From Octopus bimaculoides (taxonomy: Eukaryota): a stretch of DNA of 64,000 nucleotides. Below the pieces are notes generated by a model. That model saw only the letters and a list, made by a program, of their open reading frames with translations, ran no database searches and was not told the origin of the DNA. The position numbers and the translations under genes are program-made. Positions within the stretch are counted from its first letter, which is position 1. Each line of letters starts with the position of its first letter. Below are positions 13,801 to 26,624 of this stretch, piece after piece. The stretch is from positions 21,128,516-21,192,515 of the forward strand of contig NC_068992.1 of assembly GCF_001194135.2 (NCBI RefSeq), written 5' to 3'.

Positions 13801-15227
13801 TGAAGACCAACACATGTTACTTCAGAGAATGCGGCTGAAACTTTTTCATCAGTACAAGGGTCGCAAATAATATGGCAAAAAATTAATACTTAAGGTAAAA
13901 GGGTGTCATATCATTTTTTTCTTTTAAGATAATCTTCTGAATGTAGAATTTAAGGAAACAGTACATGGAGAGCTCAATTGAAACGAAGTGAACACGTTTA
14001 GATGTACATACATACATACATACATACATACATACGTACGTACGTACGTGTAAATATATTTATATATGTATATANNNNNNNNNNNNNNNNNNNNNNNNNN
14101 NNNNNNNNNNNNNNNNNNNNNNNNNNNNNNNNNNNNNNNNNNNNNNNNNNNNNNNNNNNNNNNNNNNNNNNNNNNNNNNNNNNNNNNNNNNNNNNNNNNN
14201 NNNNNNNNNNNNNNNNNNNNNNNNNNNNNNNNNNNNNNNNNNNNNNNNNNNNNNNNNNNNNNNNNNNNNNNNNNNNNNNNNNNNNNNNNNNNNNNNNNNN
14301 NNNNNNNNNNNNNNNNNNNNNNNNNNNNNNNNNNNNNNNNNNNNNNNNNNNNNNNNNNNNNNNNNNNNNNNNNNNNNNNNNNNNNNNNNNNNNNNNNNNN
14401 NNNNNNNNNNNNNNNNNNNNNNNNNNNNNTATACATAAGTTATTATTCTAATTGAAACATTTCTTCACTGAGAAGTTTGTTCAACTAATTATAAATTTGT
14501 TACTACTTTGACGAACGTGTATGTAAAATGGATAAACGGAAAGAATGAATCTCGAATATACATGTGTAGAGAAAATACTTGCCGTCAATCAACACTAGTT
14601 TCCTCGGATTTCACTGCTTTGTTTATATATTTCTTGGCTTCATTTATTTTGCAGGCTATGCTTGGGTGTTGAATCTCCGTATCATTTTGGCTTCTGGCTC
14701 CTGTGTTGATGTAACCGTTATTGTTCTTACCATGTTATTGTTATTCATTTTTATTCTTCTTCTTACTGATGTTCTCATATTTTGTTGTTTATGGAGTTGT
14801 TTTTATTACTATTGGACGTTTTAAGAGTTTTTTTTATATGTCTTTTGTATTTTGTTATTACAATTGTGTTTTGTATGTTTATCTTTAGCTTACTGCTTTT
14901 ACGCTCATCTTCTTTATTTGATATTGGCTTTTAACCACGGTAGGCAGAGATATGTAGCTTCTTTCATTGTAATAGTCCTCTACTATTACTACTACTACTT
15001 CAACTGCAACTTCTAAATAATTTTGTTTGCCTTGTCAGCAAACGACAACTACATTTCCAATATCTTCACCTAGAAGGGAGTTATATCAAGAAAAATTTGA
15101 ATGCTTCTTTCCTCTTAAGAAATATCTTACAAAGAAATGAAACAATAAAACTGAACTTGCATCTTATAGAAACAAATATTTATTTGTTAGGCTTCCAGAG
15201 CCAACGTCTCTGACTCATTTAATTGTC

Positions 15228-15299
<72 letters not shown>

Positions 15300-16003
15300 A
15301 AGAAGAAGAAGAAGAAGAAGAACAGTAACAACAACAACAACAGCAGCAGCAGCAGCAGCAGCAATAATAGTCACAACACCAATAATAATAATAATAATAT
15401 AAATAATAGCAATAATAATAATAATAATAATCGCGCACAAATAGTTGTGATGCATGTGCCTGGTGTACTCTTATCGGTGCNNNNNNNNNNNNNNNNNNNN
15501 NNNNNNNNNNNNNNNNNNNNNNNNNNNNNNNNNNNNNNNNNNNNNNNNNNNNNNNNNNNNNNNNNNNNNNNNNNNNNNNNNNNNNNNNNNNNNNNNNNNN
15601 NNNNNNNNNNNNNNNNNNNNNNNNNNNNNNNNNNNNNNNNNNNNNNNNNNNNNNNNNNNNNNNNNNNNNNNNNNNNNNNNNNNNNNNNNNNNNNNNNNNN
15701 NNNNNNNNNNNNNNNNNNNNNNNNNNNNNNNNNNNNNNNNNNNNNNNNNNNNNNNNNNNNNNNNNNNNNNNNNNNNNNNNNNNNNNNNNNNNNNNNNNNN
15801 NNNNNNNNNNNNNNNNNNNNNNNNNNNNNNNNNNNNNNNNNNNNNNNNNNNNNNNNNNNNNNNNNNNNNNNNNNNNNNNNNNNNNNNNNNNNNNNNNNNN
15901 NNNNNNNNNNNNNNNNNNNNNNNNNNNNNNNNNNNNNNNNNNNNNNNNNNNNNNNNNNNNNNNNNNNNNNNNNNNNNNNNNNNNNNNNNNNNNNNNNNNN
16001 NNN

Positions 16004-16340
16004 TACTACCTAGCTCAGATACCAAGAAACCCCAAAATGGCTGAAGTTCAAAAGATAGTGCTCATGGGAACTGCCCATATCCTACGTAAAATACTGTCTA
16101 TGTGATCTCAAATTTTAAAGCAAACATAATTTTCTTATGGTTTCTTAAACATTCACTAGAACAAAACTGTACAAATCCAAATATATGGTACCCTAGGCAT
16201 AACACCTACATGAACTTCTAACTTGTTGTCTCTTGAGGTCTCTGGGTGAGACTTGGATCCAACTTGTACAAATGCAAAACAAAAGTCAAACATAAAATAA
16301 TAATAATAATAATAATAAGAGCAATAATAATAACAACAAC
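16004..16340 (+). mobile_element. 3' end of an R4/Dong-clade non-LTR retrotransposon with (TAA)n tail
   Basis: Encodes ...MAEVQKIVLMGTAHILRKILSM* (stop 16103-16105). The 3' UTR is almost identical to 36095-36400 on the minus strand. Ends in (AAT)n. Confidence 0.85.
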
Positions 16341-18635
16341 AAGAAAATCAAGTATGATAATATTGAAGAAATGGATGAAGACAAGGCGAAAAGTGGATTT
16401 GTTTTATTTGCCGCAGGAGGGCAGGAGGAAAGGAAGATTACAAAGATAAGTAACAGAAAATATGGGAGAGAGACTACATATAATCCGATGACAAACGCTA
16501 TTTGCACGATACATTCGCATAGACAACACAGCTGTCTTTATATACTAGTACTTCCAGCTGAAGTTGACCATGGAACTCCTATGGACCCAAAATGACTCTT
16601 ATGCAGGCAGCTAGGTCCCCCTAGTTGTTGTTATTCGAATTTCAGATACACATTTATAATAGGTCCTTCAACGCTAACACGTATCGCCGGAGTCACCATC
16701 TCTTGAATAAAGTAACGTATCTCTTCCTCTCCAATTTCATCCTTGGCGGGAACTTCGCATTCCGCATAAAGGCAAAAGTCTATCAGGTTTGATCAAACTC
16801 TCATTGGCTTTTTGAAGATTCACTTAAATTTGTGAAGATATGACGGTGGTGAAAATGATTAGAGTAATGGGACTACAGTATGCAAACGCCAGTAATTTGG
16901 AGAGGAAGATTACATATCCTTAGTCTGTCCGATCCCCCCCACCCGTGTTTGCGAGGAAATAACAGTGAATTATTCTCCTTTCACTTCACCTGGAAGAGCA
17001 GTCAGGCTGATTAGATCATCCATCACATTTTCATCGTTATTAGTTTTAAAGATGTTCAATTTTTTATCTAAGAGATATTGCTGAATAGGAAAAGAACTAC
17101 ACTGTTACCACCGGGAAAATACGACTCTCAGCTGCAAACCTGGCAACATGACACCAAGACGGGAAGATAAGTGTTGTAATAGCACTACCTAGCAATCCTC
17201 TACAAATTATGAATGAAGTCAACACTAGCGCCCTATCAACAATATTACCTCACTCACATGCGTTGATGTCGAGCGAATGAAGACCGAAGTGGGATAGCAG
17301 AGAAAATGAAAAATGAAATAAAATAAGCATTGCTGTTTGGACAGTGGCCGCCGTGTCCCTCGGTCGCTGTTGCTAGTTTTACCGTTGCTCAAATTTTCTC
17401 TTCGTTGCTTCGATGAACAATATTTTCAACATGACCTACCTCGTGGGCTCACAAACACGTATTTCATCGTACATATTATACTAGAATTGAGTCAGGAAGA
17501 CGCAAATAAAAGAAACTGAAATTGCAGCTAATTCTTTTGCTTGTGTTGCACTCCTCCTTGTGGTGTAGCAGAAACCTAATGACGGTTGTATAATATTCTC
17601 CGCATTTGCAGATAGCGCCTCTTTCTATTCCTTGTTCTTGAATATTAGACATAAAATACCGTGTGCTCTACCCCACCCTAATTGGGCAAAATTGTATAAG
17701 ACATCTTTGCAAGGACTTCATTTAATTCGTCATTAAGGGGTACACCATACACCGAGCTTTCTTAAATAGGGATATTTGAATTTAGTCCATTTAGTCTCTT
17801 TATATGATTCCACAGGCGAAGAAGCAGCCACTTGTAACACATTGCTGGCGAAATATATTCTTCTCTGAAACGACCTTGTCTATAACTGGGAGTTTCTTAC
17901 TGAGCCCGACATTTGCAAATCTGTGTGGGCTCACCCGGGTACTGTTGCTCATGTTGTAACTGTTGCCGTTCTTGTTATTGATAAGCGAGTCATCAAAATT
18001 GCTCTCATTAAAAACAAAAAAACACTATGTTTTCGTTCCAAAATTACCATGCTTTATTTTACAATATCTTATATTTGAAAGTTGCGTTTTTGTTTATGGG
18101 AGTGTGTCTGTGTGTGTTTTTCTTTTTCCGTGTAGCTGTCAAAGACCTCTGTTTTGAAGGAGTTTTCTCCAGCATTATGTATTAAATGTCAGCGAACATA
18201 AATATTACTCACGTATCTTCTTTTTCTCCCACAACTCGAGAGATAGACATTAACAACCAGATGCGTCCCTTTCTTTAAATAGACTCATATGAATGACACA
18301 CAAATAGACAACCAAATATGAATTAAAGTCACGAAACAGTAGCGTTTCGAAAGAAGTCTTGTCATAGTGACATACAAGAAGAAGAAGAAGAAGAAGAAGA
18401 AGAAGAAGAAGAAGAAGAAGAAGAANNNNNNNNNNNNNNNNNNNNNNNNNNNNNNNNNNNNNNNNNNNNNNNNNNNNNNNNNNNNNNNNNNNNNNNNNNN
18501 NNNNNNNNNNNNNNNNNNNNNNNNNNNNNNNNNNNNNAGGAGGAGAAGGAGAAGGAGGAGGAGAAGGAGAAGGAGGAGGAGGGAGAAGAAGTGGAGGACA
18601 ATAATGATAATAATAAGAGCAACAACAACAACAAC

Positions 18636-18704
<69 letters not shown>

Positions 18705-21700
18705 TATTATTATTATAAATATCATAATAATGGTGGGGGTGATGCTGCTGCTGATGATGATGATGATGACGATGATGGTTGTAACATTAACAACCTCAGA
18801 CCAAACTATGATTCTACATTAATTTCGATGAATGTTTTGAACCCCATCGTTTTCATATTTATTCTCTCAATGAAGATCCTTCAACCAACGATATATGTAC
18901 ACTTTTATTTAATGTCAGTGAAGCGTGAAGTTTTATTTTGAGGAGCTTAATACAAACTCCCATTCCATAAAATAAATGTTCATGCCGACATGACTTGTTG
19001 AAACATTGGAGAATATTTATGGAGGAGAAAAAGGTTTAAAAAAAAAAAAGACCAAAACAGCAAAAAAAGGTAAAAGCAGATATAAAAAGTGGAAAGATGG
19101 ATTTTATTCAGAGATTCTGATAAAATGATTTTTCTACGAGGATTTTTCAAAGAAATTATAATTAGCATTAAGAAATATATTATAAGAAATATGTGTGTGT
19201 GTGTATGTGTGTGTGTATTAAGCATGCTTGTCACTCTGTCTATATGTAGATTTAAATGCATGTATGTGTGAATGTATGTATGTGATTGTGTGTATGTGCG
19301 AGTGTACGTATTTGTAGATAGATATGTGCTTGCGCAACTCGTATGATATGTGAGTATCACTCAATTTTCATTTTCATCATTTGTATAATGATATATTGTG
19401 AGATACAAGAATTGAAACGTATTGTTCTTTCTGTTATTGTTGTTGTTATTATTATCATTATTACTCCTGTTATTATTATTGTTGTTGTTATTACTGTTTT
19501 CGTTTGTTTTTTTTTAATTGAAAGGATGTATTTTAAAATTTCGCAGCGAAAATTTAATCATTATCAATTTTTACATGAGGAAAATTTATGTGCCCCTTTG
19601 TGTGTAAGTGTTTGTATGTCTGTTCCAGTGTGCGTGCGTGTGTGTGTGTGTGTGTTTATGTGTGTATGTGTGCACTTGAGTCTGTTACAGAGTATGTGTG
19701 TGTGTCTTTGCATGTGTATGTGTTAGTGTGTTTGTGTGGATGAATGTAGGTATGTGTATGTGTCGGTTTGAAATATGGAGTCTTTCTTATACCAGAGTTG
19801 CACAAAATATCTTGACTTTGTCATTATATTATCTTATTTCATTTTCGGGTTAGGAATTACAGAGTTACTACTGTAGAAGCGGGAAGAGTTTTTTTAACAT
19901 CAGAGGAATCAGCACTGAAAAGGATCCTACAAATGCGAAATAATTCTGAGATACAAGGAATCTAATTAGAAAAAAGAATAAGATGCACATTCAGGAAGTA
20001 ACATTTTTTGAAACAAGAAAGGTAGTGATTAAAATGTAAGAGGAGGAGCTACTGTTTCCTAATCGCCACCATTCGTTTATCAAAAGATGAAGGAAATCGT
20101 CACGGTTTCTGTGCAAAGTGCCGAGGATTAGCAGCCTGCTTCCAGGTGAATAGTACAATTCCATAGTCTTCGATAATGTGGAGAAGGGTTAGAAATGAAT
20201 ATGAAATAAACGGTGAAATGGGAAACATATACACATTCTCCCAATACGTTAAACCATATAATCTTTCTCCCAATATGGTAAACCAACAAGAAAGCGAAAA
20301 AACATTCCAAAGAGGATTTCATTTTTACCTCAATTTCATAATCCTTCTAATTATCAGTAAGAAAATAGTGAACTAGAAGACTCATTAGTAAAGAAATTGG
20401 TTGCGATAACAAAAGTATCATGAATCTTGAGAGAGAGCCATTATTTGATAGCGCTCGCAATCAAAAATATTTTACTAAACTTAGATCATTTACAGGTATA
20501 GAAAACGCGTGGACTATATGCGTAACGAAAGAAAATGCTTCCTTGCCCGAGTGATTTATTCAAGAATAAATGAAAAGGAACTTGGACGAATTGGTAGTCG
20601 TAGTGGAGGGAAAGGCGGATGCTAAGGTGGAAGAGGCGGAGGCTGAGGCGGAAGAGGTGGAGGCTGAGGCGGAAGAGGCGGAGGTGGAGGTGGAAGTGGC
20701 GGAGGCGGAAGAGACTGAGGCGGAAGAGGCGGAAGCGGAAGAGGTGGAGGGGGAAGAGGCGGCAGAGGCGGTGGCGGCAGAGGTGGTGGCGGCAGAGGCG
20801 GTGGCGGCAGAGGCGGAGGCGGAGGATGCGGTCGTGGCGAAGAATTGGAGGAAGCAGTGGTGAGAATGGTAGCGCCGTGAGTGCTAATGAAGAACGAAGC
20901 AGCAGCGGCAGCAGCGTTTGCAACTGCGGCCGGGACAGCAACTGCGGCAGCAATGGCGAGGCAGGACTAGTAGCAGCGGCGGTAGTGGTACAGGCAGTGA
21001 CAGTGGAAGCTGCATCGGGGACTGCTGCAGAGACGTCGGTGGTGGCGATAATGGTGATGAGGAAAAGGAGGCAGAGAAGAGTGATGTAGATGTTTAAACT
21101 CAGGTCAGCCCTATTAAGTAGTCAGAAATGTTTCCAAATTGTGAGAGGCAAAATTCTCCGTTAAAAGAAGCTTTTATTATAAGCCAACTATAAAATGTAA
21201 CACATAGATGGATAGACATTGATGATGACTTAATTCCTACCAACTAATAGTTCATGTATTCTGTCCTTAAAACTTCCTTATCTTTGAAGATGGATGGTGC
21301 GCCTTATTTGTGAATTTTGGCTTCTATGTTTAGGAAGCTAGATGACTTTCATCGTTAGATACTGGGATAAAGGACGATATGGTAATGATGTTCTTTTTGC
21401 TTTTCACTCGCAAGACAACCCCAATCTAACAGATCTCTAAACAAAGCCAACTCAACTATGACCGTTCCACCTTTTAAAAACATCCAATTCTACATCGTCA
21501 TTTTAATCCATCACGTTTTAAACATGGTTTAATTTGATTTGAGGGATATTTAGTCGCTATATTTAACAGAACAACAATGATCAAAACAGTGACAGTCTTA
21601 AATATTATATCCTTCTCTCAGCTAGCTTTGTATATATGAGTATATCCGGTATGGCCTTCCTGTTCTCAAACACGATTTTAAAGAAATTGGCTACTGTTGT

Positions 21701-22042
21701 GGAAATGTCGAACGTACACACAGATTTTGTTAGTTACTTCAGCGTTTCATATAAATAATCTGAGGTATGGGGCGTAGTGCTAGCATTGATAGACTTGTCA
21801 GCTGTATATTATGATGTGTTATTTACTGTCAGAACCGACAAGAGCTGAAAGAAATGTCAGCATTTATACGAGTGAAAATATTGTCAAACACTTCAAGTGT
21901 TTTGTAAGTTGCCAACATCTTTATTACCTAGAAGCATGTCTACACGTACATAAATATACATACATACATATATAAATACACATACACACACAGGGGTGCA
22001 CACACACAAAGATACACGCACATATACATAGGTATAAATATG

Positions 22043-22075
<33 letters not shown>

Positions 22076-22264
22076 NNNNNNNNNNNNNNNNNNNNNNNNN
22101 NNNNNNNNNNNNNNNNNNNNNNNNNNNNNNNNNNNNNNNNNNNNNNNNNNNNNNNNNNNNNNNNNNNNNNNNNNNGAAAAGGTAGCCCTGGTAGCGTAGC
22201 ATAATGTAAATACAGAAATAAATACAGAAGTGCCAGAAAGTATAAGTATGTGCATGTGTGTGTG

Positions 22265-22309
<45 letters not shown>

Positions 22310-22844
22310 CTGTGTGTGTGCCTCTGTGTGTGTCAGTGTGTGTGTTTTTGTGTGGGGGCTGTTTCTGTAAAGAATCTGAAAGCTGATGCAAACCTCGTAT
22401 TTAGGACGGTCTACATGGAATCGTTATCTGAAATTCTAAAGAGTATTTATGACAATTCAGGATTGAAGTACATCTTATACAATAAGGAATCTGTCCTAGA
22501 AATTGTGATTTATCACTGAAGGATACAGCAGATCACTACAATAAAATGAGAATTCTGTCGCATGAAAAATATCCGATAAACTTTCGAATCATTACTGAAG
22601 AGTTGCACGGAAATCTATTTGTTTAGTAAATACTGTGTGGTAAATCATGCTTATGGTAGAAAATGCATTTTGGTGTCTTCGTATATTGTTTGACATTTCT
22701 GATATGTTTGTTTGTTTTTTTCTATGATATTAGTTGACGGTACAAAAAGGAATTATTTTTTTAATAATTTGTATACATAAATGGCAGGTTCTCTCTGTTT
22801 GTGGCTCTGTGTGTGTGTGTGTGTGTGCGTACATTTGTTACTTT

Positions 22845-23185
22845 AACTCCTCCGAGACTATCCGACCGATCTTGATGAAAGTTGACACGTGTGTGAGGAT
22901 TATGCCCAAGCGGTTGCTTACGAACTTCAAATTTCAAAAAAGTCGATAGTTTTTAATCATCATCGATTTTTAAAAATTCAATAAGATATTTCAATGCAAA
23001 GTCTCATATGAATGTTATTTTCTGCCATAACCTTTAAAAGTTTTCATCTGATTTGCATGAAATTTTATACACAGATGAAATTTGCGCTAAGGATGGGTTG
23101 AGAGAAATAAACTTTTACCTAGGACACTCAAGCAAAGCTCATTTCTTGATTAACTGATTAATGAAATTTGGCCTAACCTGTTGTC
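22845..23185 (+). mobile_element. Possible non-autonomous Helitron/Helentron-like (HINE/MINE-type) element
   Basis: Follows (TG)n. Three iterations of a C/TGAT..ATGAAA(G/T)TT motif (about 22868, 23048, 23153) resemble the core of DINE-1/Lep1-type elements. Termini not identified. Confidence 0.4.
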
Positions 23186-23282
23186 GGGTTAAAATGTTCA
23201 TCAATCATTGCGTGTATATATATATGCTTTTACACATATGTATATGTATAAATGTTTATGTATATATAGCTATATATATATA

Positions 23283-23335
<53 letters not shown>

Positions 23336-24676
23336 NNNNNNNNNNNNNNNNNNNNNNNNNNNNNNNNNNNNNNNNNNNNNNNNNNNNNNNNNNNNNNNNN
23401 NNNNNNNNNNNNNNNNNNNNNNNNNNNNNNNNNNNNNNNNNNNNNNNNNNNNNNNNNNNNNNNNNNNNNNNNNNNNNNNNNNNNNNNNNNNNNNNNNNNN
23501 NNNNNNNNNNNNNNNNNNNNNNNNNNNNNNNNNNNNNNNNNNNNNNNNNNNNNNNNNNNNNNNNNNNNNNNNNNNNNNNNNNNNNNNNNNNNNNNNNNNN
23601 NNNNNNNNNNNNNNNNNNNNNNNNNNNNNNNNNNNNNNNNNNNNNNNNNNNNNNNNNNNNNNNNNNNNNNNNNNNNNNNNNNNNNNNNNNNNNNNNNNNN
23701 NNNNNNNNNNNNNNNNNNNNNNNNNNNNNNNNNNNNNNNNNNNNNNNNNNNNNNNNNNNNNNNNNNNNNNNNNNNNNNNNNNNNNNNNNNNNNNNNNNNN
23801 NNNNNNNNNNNNNNNNNNNNNNNNNNNNNNNNNNNNNNNNNNNNNNNNNNNNNNNNNNNNNNNNNNNNNNNNNNNNNNNNNNNNNNNNNNNNNNNNNNNN
23901 NNNNNNNNNNNNNNNNNNNNNNNNNNNNNNNNNNNNNNNNNNNNNNNNNNNNNNNNNNNNNNNNTATATATATATATATATGCATATATACATACGTAAA
24001 CGTACATACTTACACGTATACCTATATACATACGCATATGTATGTGGGCAGAGGACCTAACAAAAATACAAAGTACGAGGACATGGAATATGAGCTTTTT
24101 TGCAAACAGCGAAAGAAACAAATGAAAAACTAGACAAACAATACAAAGAACGACCCTTCATCAGTTGTCGGCTATGTATGTAAGTGTGTATAAGTATGCA
24201 TATGTATATATACGCACGCGCACGCACACACAGAAGATATATACGGAATGGGAGAAAGGCTATTATAGAAGAGAGAATTAGGAAACTTAAAGTGGGGAGT
24301 GGTGGAGCTTCAAAGATCGTTGATGGAAATCATTCGACAATTAGACACGCGGGCAGAGTAAAACTATAAATCGGCTGACCAGTGATTAAGGTAAACCATT
24401 ATACTTTGTGTGTGTCTTCTCTTCAATCATGATATATCTACGTAAAAGTAAATGATTGTCCTTCTGACTTACTGACCTCAACTTCGTAACTGCCCAAGAA
24501 TAATCAAGTGTAACTAATTTCCATACCAAACCATCAATTTTCATAAGACCTTTCTTATTTATTTATAATTATTCTAAGCAGAACTTTAGCATCCTAGTGT
24601 AGTTGCAATAACTCTAGACAGGCGAGAGAAACCTGTCACCGCTATATATGTGTGAGTGTGTGTGTATATGTGTGTG

Positions 24677-24747
<71 letters not shown>

Positions 24748-25560
24748 ATATATATATATACATATATATATATATACGCATACACACACACGCACACATA
24801 TATATATATAATATGGACGTCATCAGAATTTTATGAACTTACGAGAGATCGTCATACATATGTCTATTATTCCTAGATGTGATTGAGTGTGATTTATCTC
24901 TTTGTCCATGATTCTAAGGTGTTTTAGCACCTGGCACTTTCAGAGAGAATTCTCCACCGCGCCAAAAACAGTTTGCCGCAAATACACATTGACTGTGCAT
25001 TAGGTATATGCGGTTGATAATACGTACTACATAAATGTTGCTTCTGTTTTATATTTGACGAGCAGGTGTGTCTGTGTGATCAGTAGCTTGCTTAGCAGCC
25101 ACAAGGTTCTGTATACTGTCCTACTGCGAGGCACCTTGGGCAAGCAAAGACATGCTTGTTTTATCAGTGAGAAACGTTCATCTCCTTCCTTTCTGGTATT
25201 AAATATAAAAGTCTTCTCTCAAATTACATTGATAAACTAATTACTAGTACGGACACTGTACTTTGTTTGGCAACTATGACATACTACCAAGTATTTTCTA
25301 ATGTTATTTCTACAGAAATTAGAGCCAGCACTGATGTTTTGCTACAGCGTTTCGTATCGAAATATCATATGTAAACAAACAATGAGATCGAAGACAAGTA
25401 TAGGTACTTAATAATATACCATGGTTGTGTAACGAAATACCACGTACCTACAAGTCATTAATGTTTACATACCAGTTCCAGGAATGCGTTTAATATGTAA
25501 AATGGTACATCCAATAAGTTAACACCACTGTATGCGGTGGCTATATAAGTAGTGTGGGTT

Positions 25561-25612
25561 AGATGGGTGCTGATGAAAGGGCTAAAAACCCCGAAATATG
25601 GCATATACATAC
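25561..25612 (+). ncRNA. Minimal type-I hammerhead ribozyme-like motif (degenerate)
   Basis: CTGATGA (25570-25576), GGG/CCC stem II, GAAA (25593-25596), near-palindromic stem III ATATG(G)CATAT, then UA at the cleavage position. Stem I is only partly paired (GTG/CAT). Confidence 0.55.
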
Positions 25613-26050
25613 ATTACCAATTTGTGTCTTCGATTTCGTTGTTTGTTTACATCTGACGTCCCTATATAAAACCATGTAGCAAAACGTTTCTGTAGAAATA
25701 ACCTTAATGTAAAATTAATGTAAAGATTACTACTAACGCAGTAGAACGTGGTGTTGACTTATGAAAACATTTAATGTACTTTAAAGTATATTGTGGTAGT
25801 ATAACGAAATACCACGTACGTACTTACAACTCATTAATAGCTACCAAGTATATTAAAGTTTTATAAGCGAATACAGTGCCATAGTTTCATGTTAGTACTG
25901 CGATACCGTCACTATTAAGTTCATCTCTTCAGGTTTTATGTCCATAGACAGCCGTTACCTATTTTTCTATCTTGGATCACATTGTTCAGTTAGACGTATT
26001 CGTAACTTTCAGTAGGAGCTTAAAAGATATTAGTAAATCTCTTACGAATT

Positions 26051-26624
26051 AATAATAAATCTCTGAACGACGTATAAACAGTAGCTGCACGTCACCGTGA
26101 AGTATCTCTGCCAATTAAATGCGGCAAACTCCTATGGGTGAATGCTACTGTAGCCCCAGGAGAACATCTCATCCAGCTGGCTATTGACACACTTTCTGTG
26201 CCTTGTCGGTATTTGCAAAGGGAAGTCATCCTTCCCATCGTCGATCTGACGTGATACGCACGGACCCGGGTTTCTGTGTATTTACCCTTCGTCAGCGAAC
26301 GATACTCACCGATCTTCGATGCAAAGGGCTCCCAATGCAAATACATATATCCTTTTTGCAGTGACGAAAATTCACTCATCTCAAAAAAGTGTAAACAAGC
26401 AATAATAAATCTCTGAAGGAGGTATAAACAGTAGCTGCACATCAACGTGAAATATATTTGCCACTTAAATGCGGCTAACCCCTAAGGGTCAATGCTACTG
26501 TAGCCCCAGGAGAACATCTCCTCCAGCTGGCTATTGACACACTTTCTGTGCCCTGTCGGTATTTGGAAAGGGAAGTCAGCCTTCCTATCGTCGATCTGAC
26601 GTAATACGCACGGACACGGGTTTC
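26051..26624 (-). mobile_element. 350-bp tandem unit with hammerhead motif (PLE pseudo-LTR or retrozyme-like)
   Basis: 26051-26274 repeats at 26401-26624 with an exact 350-bp offset (about 19 mismatches in 224 bp by eye). A hammerhead motif lies at the repeat junction. Confidence 0.7.
26253..26307 (-). ncRNA. Minimal type-I hammerhead ribozyme
   Basis: Minus strand reads GAGTATCGTTCG-CTGACGA-AGGGTAAATACACA-GAAA-CCCGGG-TC|CGTGCG. Core nucleotides intact, perfect palindrome ACCCGGGT as stem III, GUC triplet, stem I 5/6 paired, stem II 3/5 paired. Predicted cut between 26263 and 26262. Confidence 0.7.

Noticed and set aside
18640-18716. (AAT)n-(TAT)n fold-back junction (also about 36055-36097)
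   Set aside because: Explained by opposite-orientation repeat tails or microsatellite turnover; no evidence of function.
24153-24164. CTGATGAAGGGT on the minus strand as a ribozyme
   Set aside because: No downstream GAAA or UH; kept only as context for the PLE cluster.
26051-26624. CRISPR-like or protein-coding reading of the tandem repeats
   Set aside because: Eukaryotic context, long repeats with no spacer structure, and the 117-aa ORF has no recognisable domain.
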